Virus record (IMG/VR): IMGVR_UViG_3300027819_000009
Location: 1 to 64,000 of that record
Length of the DNA: 64,000 bases
Origin: a virus
Lineage: Duplodnaviria > Caudoviricetes
Strand: one strand, 5' to 3'
Under the pieces are notes generated by a model. The model ran no database searches, was not told the DNA's origin, and saw only the letters and a program-made list of their open reading frames with translations. Made by a program: the position numbers and the translations under genes. Each line of letters opens with the position of its first letter. Positions within the stretch are counted from its first letter, which is position 1. Below, piece after piece: positions 56,999 to 64,000 of this stretch.

Positions 56999-57361
56999 AT
57001 GCCGAGTCAGATACCTATTATATTTTTCAACAGGGAGGTTACCAACACCCTTGTTTTAGTTGCTTCAGGAAGGGTTACTCTTGTTGGATGGTTGCTATCG
57101 AATCATAGCACTGCCGCTTATTTAAAACTTTATAATGCAGCAGCAATAACAGATGTTGCGCTGGCATCAACTGTTCCTAATAAAATTCTACCAATACCAA
57201 CAGGGCCTGGAGGATTATTTTTTCTTAGTAATGAGGATAAGTTTCAACAGAATTTTAATTTAGGTTTGGTTATAGCTGTTGTTTCTACACTAACCGAATC
57301 TGCAACGGCACCGGCACAAGCATGTAGCGTGGAGTTGTCTTACGATAATATTAGTCAATAG
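56999..57361 (+). CDS. Small beta-rich vertex/penton-like protein
   Basis: LVGWLLSN...AYLKLYNA...ILPIP pattern; directly precedes the spike. Confidence 0.45.
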   Translation: MPSQIPIIFFNREVTNTLVLVASGRVTLVGWLLSNHSTAAYLKLYNAAAITDVALASTVPNKILPIPTGPGGLFFLSNEDKFQQNFNLGLVIAVVSTLTESATAPAQACSVELSYDNISQ

Positions 57362-57367
57362 AAAGAT

Positions 57368-58654
57368 ATGGGATCATTCGCAACTAGCAACCCCACAGGG
57401 GGATCAGATATAACAGGAAGCGGAACGGCCAATCAAGTTGCTGTTTTTGCATCGGCATCATCTATAGGAAATCCTACTATTTCATTTACGTCTAGTGCAA
57501 CTGGCTTTACTATAGGCTCGCTTACGGCAGAGCCGGCTGGAATACTTACACTTACATCTATTACACAGGGGTTTATTCCTCCAAGACTTACGTCAGCACA
57601 AAGAAATGCAATGCCGGCGGTTCTAGTTGGGATGTCTATATTTAACACAACAAGAGATACAATTGATATTTATACAGAAGGTGGCGGGGTTCCAGCTTGG
57701 GCATCACTGATTACATCTACGATGTATCCAACGGCGTTTACTGTTGGTGCGCTTTTAATGGCCAATACAACAACCACTATCACCACATTATCTGCTGGGG
57801 CGGGAGTCGGTTCGTATTTAAGGTCGGCTGGAGCGGCAACAGAGTTGGTGTGGAGCGTTTTAACACTTCCTAACGCCGCTACCGTAGGAGATATTTTTTA
57901 CTCAGATACGACTAATGTAATGGGTAGGCTTGCCTCTGGGGCAACGGCTGGAATGTTTTTAAGAAACGTAGGGGCATCAACGGCTCCGGTATGGAGTACG
58001 CTTATACTTCCGAATGCTGCAACAGCTAATCAAATAGTTTATGCTTCAGCCACCAACACATACGGAGGCACAACAACGTTTTTATTTAACGGCACATCGT
58101 TTTTAGTAGGTACAGCGACTCAAATAGGCGCAGGAAATATTTGTGACTTTTTTAGAAATCAGAATGGCGCAACGTCTGTGTGGACTACTAATAATACATC
58201 GGGAACTGCCGCTTTTGCTATGAATGCAGTAACGGCGGATAATGGGACAACCAATACAAGTATGCGCTCATTAAGCGCAGGTTATACTACGTCAGGAATG
58301 CTTGTGGCTAGTACTGGTGTTGTATTAACAACCTGTACTGCCGGAATGAACCTTGGTACTTTTTCTAACACACAATTGTCTTTTTGGACAAATAATACAC
58401 AACAATGGAGCATAACATCCGGCGGCATATTAACGGCTGTGGATGCTAAAGATATAGCGTTTGGAACCACAACAGGAACAAAAATAGGCACAGCGACATC
58501 GCAAAAATTAGCTTTTTATAACGCCACGCCTATTGTTCAGGGGGCAAGCATAGCGGATGCTTCTGGTGGGGCAATTATAGATGCCGAGGCAAGGACGGCT
58601 ATAAACGCTCTTATATCAAGAATCGAGGCAACTGGACTTATAGCAACGGTTTAA
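57368..58654 (+). CDS. Spike/fibre protein (Thr/Gly/Ala-rich, repeated)
   Basis: Repeated LPNAAT.G.(I/L)(F/L).../..W S.L.LPNAA fibre units. Confidence 0.75.
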   Translation: MGSFATSNPTGGSDITGSGTANQVAVFASASSIGNPTISFTSSATGFTIGSLTAEPAGILTLTSITQGFIPPRLTSAQRNAMPAVLVGMSIFNTTRDTIDIYTEGGGVPAWASLITSTMYPTAFTVGALLMANTTTTITTLSAGAGVGSYLRSAGAATELVWSVLTLPNAATVGDIFYSDTTNVMGRLASGATAGMFLRNVGASTAPVWSTLILPNAATANQIVYASATNTYGGTTTFLFNGTSFLVGTATQIGAGNICDFFRNQNGATSVWTTNNTSGTAAFAMNAVTADNGTTNTSMRSLSAGYTTSGMLVASTGVVLTTCTAGMNLGTFSNTQLSFWTNNTQQWSITSGGILTAVDAKDIAFGTTTGTKIGTATSQKLAFYNATPIVQGASIADASGGAIIDAEARTAINALISRIEATGLIATV

Positions 58655-58680
58655 AAATAATAAAATGTGCAAAACTAATT

Positions 58681-59889
58681 ATGGCAATAGGATTTATAAG
58701 ATCTACACCCGTTAATATTCCATTGCCTATTGGTAATCTAATTAATGATTCATTTTCTGGCGCAGCATTAAGCTCCAACTGGACAGCAACAAATCCAAAT
58801 ACTACAATTACAGTTAGTGGGGGGGATTTGCTTTTAAATAGGTCGGTTGGAGGCGGATATCAGCTTAATAGCGATTACTTATTATACACTGGATATGGTG
58901 GGACTTGTCTTGAGGATTGGACAATTACAGTTCCTTTTAAAATAACAGAAACAAGCGCAACGAGTACCGGCTTTGCTATTGGTGTTAAGTCGACTGCAAA
59001 TTGGTATTCTAACTATTGGTATCTAGTTCAGTTTAACACAAATAGTGGCGCTGGAAATAAAAAGCTGTATTTTTATATGGCTGGCGCAACAACCGCCACT
59101 ACAATATCCTCAACGGCACTAACGGCAGCACTAAATGATGAGTGTACTCTTACTGTTACTAGGTCGGCAGATACCACAAATGGACAAAAAATAACAGCTA
59201 CAGTTACAAATTTAACTAATCCCAACAGCGTAAGCCACTCCTATACATTTACAGAGGCGTATCAGATTACTGTCGGATCGCCACCCACATGCTACTTCGC
59301 TATTTTCCCATTCGTTGGGCAAATAACGCTTCACTCCTTTACAGTTAGCACAGCTTATTATAAAAACTGCAATATAATTACAAGGGGAGATAGTATAACT
59401 AGGGGTGTTTATGCTTTATCCTACACGAACAGATGGACTACTTTATTCTTTGGAAGCTCTCTTAAAAAAAACTATTCGTGTGGTGGCCCAGGAGACAGAA
59501 CAACATCTGTACTGGACAATATACCGGAATTGCTTTTATTTAAGCCTAAGTTTGTTGTTTTAATGATTGGAGGGAACGACCTAGCTGGCGGCGTGGCAAT
59601 AGGCACAGTGCAGACCAATTACCAAAGTATAGTAACTCAGCTTATAGCCGGCGGTATCACAGTGTGGCATTGTATGACTCCGCCGAGAAATGGTTATGAT
59701 TATACAACGTGGAACAGCTGGTTAAGCTCAACTTATTTAAATGTAGTCAACACATTTACTAATTTAAAAGCTGCTGTTGGAACTGGATTAAATGCCGCAT
59801 ACAATAGCGGAGATGGAACACATGAAAACACAGCTGGCCACGCATTAATAGCATCCGACTGCACATCATCTATAGGAAGTTTAGTATAA
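58681..59889 (+). CDS. SGNH/GDSL hydrolase with an N-terminal beta (lectin-like) domain
   Basis: GDSIT, GGPG, GGNDL, DGTH. Confidence 0.88.
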   Translation: MAIGFIRSTPVNIPLPIGNLINDSFSGAALSSNWTATNPNTTITVSGGDLLLNRSVGGGYQLNSDYLLYTGYGGTCLEDWTITVPFKITETSATSTGFAIGVKSTANWYSNYWYLVQFNTNSGAGNKKLYFYMAGATTATTISSTALTAALNDECTLTVTRSADTTNGQKITATVTNLTNPNSVSHSYTFTEAYQITVGSPPTCYFAIFPFVGQITLHSFTVSTAYYKNCNIITRGDSITRGVYALSYTNRWTTLFFGSSLKKNYSCGGPGDRTTSVLDNIPELLLFKPKFVVLMIGGNDLAGGVAIGTVQTNYQSIVTQLIAGGITVWHCMTPPRNGYDYTTWNSWLSSTYLNVVNTFTNLKAAVGTGLNAAYNSGDGTHENTAGHALIASDCTSSIGSLV

Positions 59890-59901
59890 AATAAATAAAT
59901 T

Positions 59902-60312
59902 ATGAGAAGAACTCGGCAAGGATTTGATACAGCGTTAAGAAACTCGACAAGGGGAGATGTTGAGGATTTAGCAGATAGTTTTTATAACTTACTCTCTGAT
60001 GGGGCGGTTCAGCCACTTACAGACGGAGCAACTATATCTTGGGACACAGAATCTGGCATGAATGCCTCAGTGACATTAACTGGAAACAGAGTATTATCAA
60101 TACTAAACCCATTAGCTGGTTGTTTTTATACAATACGAGTTTCGCAAGATTCAACCGGATCAAGAACACTCTCGCTCCCATCGCCAAGCAAGGTTGTTAA
60201 TGGTGGGGCTGGGGCAGTAACCCTTACCCCAACAGCCAATGCAATAGATATACTAACCGCATATTATGATGGGACTACGTATTATTGGACTTATGTATTA
60301 AACTTTACTTAA
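59902..60312 (+). CDS. Fibre/receptor-binding tip-type domain protein
   Basis: LTDGATISWD...QDSTGSRTL...T.TANAIDIL..YYDG. Confidence 0.65.
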   Translation: MRRTRQGFDTALRNSTRGDVEDLADSFYNLLSDGAVQPLTDGATISWDTESGMNASVTLTGNRVLSILNPLAGCFYTIRVSQDSTGSRTLSLPSPSKVVNGGAGAVTLTPTANAIDILTAYYDGTTYYWTYVLNFT

Positions 60313-60349
60313 AAAATTATTTATATATTTGTATAAATAGATTGAATCT

Positions 60350-60817
60350 ATGAAAAAGAAAATTACCTATAAAAAACTTCAAGAATTTGATAAAATGGCA
60401 ACAAACTACCTAGTTAAAAACGGGTACTTTACTCCAGCTGTTTTTAAAGATGGCCACCCTGTATCTGCCGGCGAATTTACAAACAAAGAGCAGACGAAAC
60501 TTGTGGCTAATATGAAAAACATAGTTAAGCAAGGGAAAAAAGCATTCGAGGAGTTTACAGAATTACAAAACAATATATACATCGATAATTGTGCTGTAGA
60601 TGAAAAAACGAAGGTTATGATTTTAGATGCGAAAGGCGGATACCAGTTTACTCCTGAAAAACAAAAAGAGGTAAATAAAAAAATCAAAGAGCTTGTTATT
60701 TCTGAAATTGAAATACACGCAAGAATTACAGAAGGAGAGTGGGGATTAACGGACGAGGAGAAAGAGGCATTTAACGGAATAATTATACCGGAATTTAAAA
60801 CAGAAGAAACTGAATAG
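60350..60817 (+). CDS. Fibre assembly chaperone-like protein
   Basis: Helical acidic ORF after the fibre genes; TATATTTG at 60324-60331. Confidence 0.45.
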   Translation: MKKKITYKKLQEFDKMATNYLVKNGYFTPAVFKDGHPVSAGEFTNKEQTKLVANMKNIVKQGKKAFEEFTELQNNIYIDNCAVDEKTKVMILDAKGGYQFTPEKQKEVNKKIKELVISEIEIHARITEGEWGLTDEEKEAFNGIIIPEFKTEETE

Positions 60818-60824
60818 AACTCTT

Positions 60825-61284
60825 ATGGATATACACACACACGATGCCGACTTTAGTGTAAGTACAAACAATAAACTTACAATACTATTTCTTTTATTCA
60901 GCGGATTGTTTCATTGGATGCAGACGCTAAGTGCTGATGTAATTTATATTTGGTTTTTTAGAACCCTTACGGTTATCTCTGTTATGTTAGTTATCGTGCT
61001 AAATTTAATTAAACTTATAGAGTGGTATAAATCAAAAAAAACAAAATAGAATGAAAAAGTATAAAGTTCATTTTTCAATTTTCAACATCTTCTCCGATAG
61101 CCAATCGGAGGTTGTGAAATTACAAACTGTTTTTAAATCTATATCTGCAGCCGTTGTTGGGACTGTTTGGTATGAGTCAAACTCTACTAATGCCCTTTAT
61201 TTTGCAATTGGAGGATGTGTTGTAGATGCTATTCTGGCGTGTTTCTATTTCGAGCATATAAATAAGGACGAGTTAAAGCCATAA
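60825..61284 (+). CDS. Two small 2-TM proteins, holin candidates (60825-61049, 61051-61284)
   Basis: Two TM helices each; basic C-terminus in the first. Confidence 0.5.
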
Positions 61285-61287
61285 AAC

Positions 61288-61437
61288 ATGAAATCAATGA
61301 AATTTTTATTTGTATTTATAGGACTTGGATTTATTTGTTATGGAATAAATAGGTGCGATAAAGAAAATCAAGATTGTGTTTCTGTAAAAACAGAAACTTC
61401 CATTGTGGATTCATTAAAAACAGACTCACTGAAATAA
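61288..61437 (+). CDS. Small membrane/lipoprotein-like peptide
   Basis: MKSMKFLFVFIGLGFIC...; coupled to the next ORF. Confidence 0.4.
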   Translation: MKSMKFLFVFIGLGFICYGINRCDKENQDCVSVKTETSIVDSLKTDSLK

Positions 61438-61769
61438 TGCGGAAGGAAGTTTTAAAATACACACTAATTATTGTTGGTGTTTTTATATTAGTTCGGCTGT
61501 ATGACTTTGTAACCAAAAAGCCGGCGCCGATTGAAAGAACGGTAGATCCCAGAATTTTAAGGCTAGATTCTGAAATTACAGTCCTTAAAAAAGAAATGGA
61601 GCTATCAGCCAAAGAAAGGGCAGTTAGGGACTCAAACATTAACTCTCGTTTTGATAGTATAAGAACGGATCGCCAAAAAGCAAATAATGAAAAAAAGAAG
61701 TTATATAAAATTCCAGATTCGGAGCTTATTCGTATCCGTGATTCTATTCGGAAAGTTAACGGCTTATAG
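61437..61769 (+). CDS. i-spanin-like protein
   Basis: N-terminal TM plus coiled coil. Confidence 0.5.
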   Translation: MRKEVLKYTLIIVGVFILVRLYDFVTKKPAPIERTVDPRILRLDSEITVLKKEMELSAKERAVRDSNINSRFDSIRTDRQKANNEKKKLYKIPDSELIRIRDSIRKVNGL

Positions 61770-62118
61770 CCAGGCTGGTGAGGTAATTTGCCTTACCCCC
61801 AATGAATACCGGTTCTATGCAGGAGCAGTTATTGATAGGCAAGCGATGGCTAAAGATACCACTCGGTTAAAAGAGGCTATATTTGACTTAAAAACCAATA
61901 ATGCGTCCCTAGAGTCGGACTTGGCGAAATCTCGCGACGTAGAGGCTAAAATGGGCGAAAAAGAGGCTATTTACGTACATAAGATAGATACACTTTCGGA
62001 TGCTGTGGATAAGTATAAAATAAAAACTGTCCGGAATAGGCGGATGGCTATTGTTGGTGGAGGAGTTTCGGTTTTAGAAACAGTGCTTATTGTTTTGGGA
62101 CTTATTTTAATTTTTTAG
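61687..62118 (+). CDS. Spanin-like protein (signal, coiled coil, C-terminal TM)
   Basis: Overlaps the previous ORF. Confidence 0.45.
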   Translation: MKKRSYIKFQIRSLFVSVILFGKLTAYSQAGEVICLTPNEYRFYAGAVIDRQAMAKDTTRLKEAIFDLKTNNASLESDLAKSRDVEAKMGEKEAIYVHKIDTLSDAVDKYKIKTVRNRRMAIVGGGVSVLETVLIVLGLILIF

Positions 62119-62617
62119 TTAGTTTTTCAAATTCTTGCAAGAATGTGTTTTTCGCATAACCCCTATCCCAACACTCCGTTTTTGGATCGTTCTTAATCAT
62201 TATAGTCTCCCATTCAAATTCCAAAAGCATCACATCGGCATGTTTTACCTTCTCATGCATTGGCCAATCGAAACCAAACTTCTCGGCTATTTTATGCATT
62301 AAATTCTCCTCGATGTTTTTATATTCCGGCATATTTGCTTTTATAGGCTTTGGGATATCCATTAAAAAACTTTCTGACGCATCATGTAATAGGGCTTGAA
62401 GTTTTAATTCCTCATTTTCCATATACCTCATTACCATTACGGAATGCTGTGCTACAGAGTAAAATCTTGGAAGGTGGCCCGCAAATCTGCATTGTTGGGA
62501 AAGACTATGTGCTATATCTAAGATGTCTATTGTTTCCAGCTTCGGGTCAAATACATTTATATATTTTCCGGTAAAAGTTCTGATGTGGTCTTTCGTGTAT
62601 AGGTTTTCTTTTGTCAT
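62102..62617 (-). CDS. HD-domain phosphohydrolase (5'-deoxynucleotidase-like)
   Basis: DIAHSLS..CRFAGH...YSVAQHS...LLHDASE. Confidence 0.88.
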   Translation of the reverse strand: MTKENLYTKDHIRTFTGKYINVFDPKLETIDILDIAHSLSQQCRFAGHLPRFYSVAQHSVMVMRYMENEELKLQALLHDASESFLMDIPKPIKANMPEYKNIEENLMHKIAEKFGFDWPMHEKVKHADVMLLEFEWETIMIKNDPKTECWDRGYAKNTFLQEFEKLTKKLK

Positions 62618-63999
62618 TCTATTTGGTTTAAAAAATCATTATTGCTTTCTAATTGTTTTATTGGTTCTGGAGATTCTATTACGGCCTGCTCGTATTGATT
62701 TTTAAATTTCATTAACTCTCCAATCCATTTAAGGTATATTTCTTTTGTGGCCCCGTGCCTGTTTTTTGCATTTATAATTTGAACAATGCCTTGTGTTGAG
62801 TTTCCTTCAGCATCTTGTGTTATGCCATAGGATGATGGGTTATAAATAAAGAATACCATATCCGCATCCTGTTCTATACTTCCACTATCTCTTAAATCGG
62901 AAAGCTGTGGGCGTTTATCGGGGCGCAATTCAACGGCCCTACTTAACTGCGACAATGCTATAATTGGGATTTCTAATTCTTTTGCAAGTGATTTTATCCC
63001 CCTACTAATAACACTTATCTCTTGCTCTCTATTTCCTTCTTTGCCGGTTCCAGACATTAACTGAAGGTAATCTATTATTATAAGGCTTATATTCTCCTCT
63101 CTTTTTAATTTCCTTGCCTTGTTTCGTAATTCAAAAATACTTAATCCTCCAGAATCATCTATAAAAAGAGGTGCATCTTTTAAAATCTGCATATCTCTTT
63201 TAAATAGTTTTTCTGTGTCATCATCCATTCCGTTTTTAACCAACTCGTGTGGTATTTCGGTCTCTTGTGCGGCCATTCTTATATAAAGTTGTTCTGCCGA
63301 CATCTCCATGCTAAAAATAGCGGTTGGGCTTCCGGACAACACTGCGTTTTTTGCTAAACAAAGAGCGAGTGCTGTTTTGCCCTGTCCTGGGCGGGCGGCT
63401 AAAATAATTAAATCTGATTTTTGCCAACCCCTCATTAGTTTATTAAATTCAACAAACCCTGTTTCAACTCCAATTACTATATTTGGGTTTTCTCTAATTT
63501 GCTTATTCCTTTCTAGTAACAGCGAGTATAGTGTACTTGATTTTACACCTTTCGAAGTGTTAAACCCAGAAACTATTCCTGTTATTTCCTTTTCATGCTC
63601 CTCAAGTAAATCAAAGCAGTCTGTGCCTTCTTCATAAGCAGACTTTATTGTTGCAGTTCCTATTCGTATTAATTCTCTTTGTATAAACTTCTGAGCCACA
63701 ATTCTAGCGTGGAATTCAATATTAGCAGAAGATGCTATTCTATTTGTTAGTTGTGAAACGTAATAGGATCCACCAACAAACTCAAGCTCCCCTGTTCTTT
63801 TAAGCTCTTGGGTAACTGTTAGAATATCAATAGGACTGTTTATTTTAAATAAATTAACTATCGCATTAAATACCTTTCCGTTTTGTTCTTTATAAAAACT
63901 TGCGGGGGTTAATATATCAATAACTACACTTAAACCTTCTTTCTCAAGAAGTACTGCTCCTAATACAGCCTCTTCAAGTTCTACTGATTGGGGTGGAAG
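62614..63999 (-). CDS. dnaB: Replicative DNA helicase, 5'-truncated by the window edge
   Basis: Frame is open to the edge (LPPQSVELEEAVLG); AARPGQGKT, IDYLQL, QLSR, DLRDSGSIEQDAD. Confidence 0.95.
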   Translation of the reverse strand, partial: LPPQSVELEEAVLGAVLLEKEGLSVVIDILTPASFYKEQNGKVFNAIVNLFKINSPIDILTVTQELKRTGELEFVGGSYYVSQLTNRIASSANIEFHARIVAQKFIQRELIRIGTATIKSAYEEGTDCFDLLEEHEKEITGIVSGFNTSKGVKSSTLYSLLLERNKQIRENPNIVIGVETGFVEFNKLMRGWQKSDLIILAARPGQGKTALALCLAKNAVLSGSPTAIFSMEMSAEQLYIRMAAQETEIPHELVKNGMDDDTEKLFKRDMQILKDAPLFIDDSGGLSIFELRNKARKLKREENISLIIIDYLQLMSGTGKEGNREQEISVISRGIKSLAKELEIPIIALSQLSRAVELRPDKRPQLSDLRDSGSIEQDADMVFFIYNPSSYGITQDAEGNSTQGIVQIINAKNRHGATKEIYLKWIGELMKFKNQYEQAVIESPEPIKQLESNNDFLNQIE

Positions 64000-64000
64000 T

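Overview
The whole window looks like part of a large, AT-rich virus of a Bacteroidota host. Evidence for the host: TAnnTTTG promoters, A-rich leaders without Shine-Dalgarno sites, and a Bacteroidota-type DnaB. No terminase, portal, HK97 capsid or tail-tube gene is recognisable. Instead there is an A32/FtsK-type packaging ATPase, a tandem pair of beta-rich candidate single-jelly-roll capsid genes, and about 17 single-pass membrane proteins, which suggests a tailless, internal-membrane virion. Layout: (1) 1-6.9 kb, an integron-like cassette array with attC-like hairpins, a candidate attI and a GIY-YIG-fused tyrosine recombinase; five attC crossover points carry an identical 144-bp GC-rich ORF-less element whose circular junction would form a perfect 24-bp stem. 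(2) 6.9-18.7 kb, small early genes, Doc, ACP and charged proteins. (3) 18.9-23.3 kb, DNA methyltransferases, CspA, the ATPase and tRNA-Gly. (4) 24-45 kb, a minus-strand glycan cluster (gmd, fcl, GT11, GT6, GT2/GT7/GT9, several methyltransferases) with homing endonucleases, Fic and an atypical tRNA-like gene. (5) 45.5-62 kb, a virion module whose proteins share a recurring (S/N/Y/G)-A-(D/N)-G motif and flank an HEXXH metalloprotease, followed by spike and lysis-like genes. (6) An HD hydrolase and a truncated DnaB at the right edge. All family calls come from motif recognition by eye; no database searches were run.
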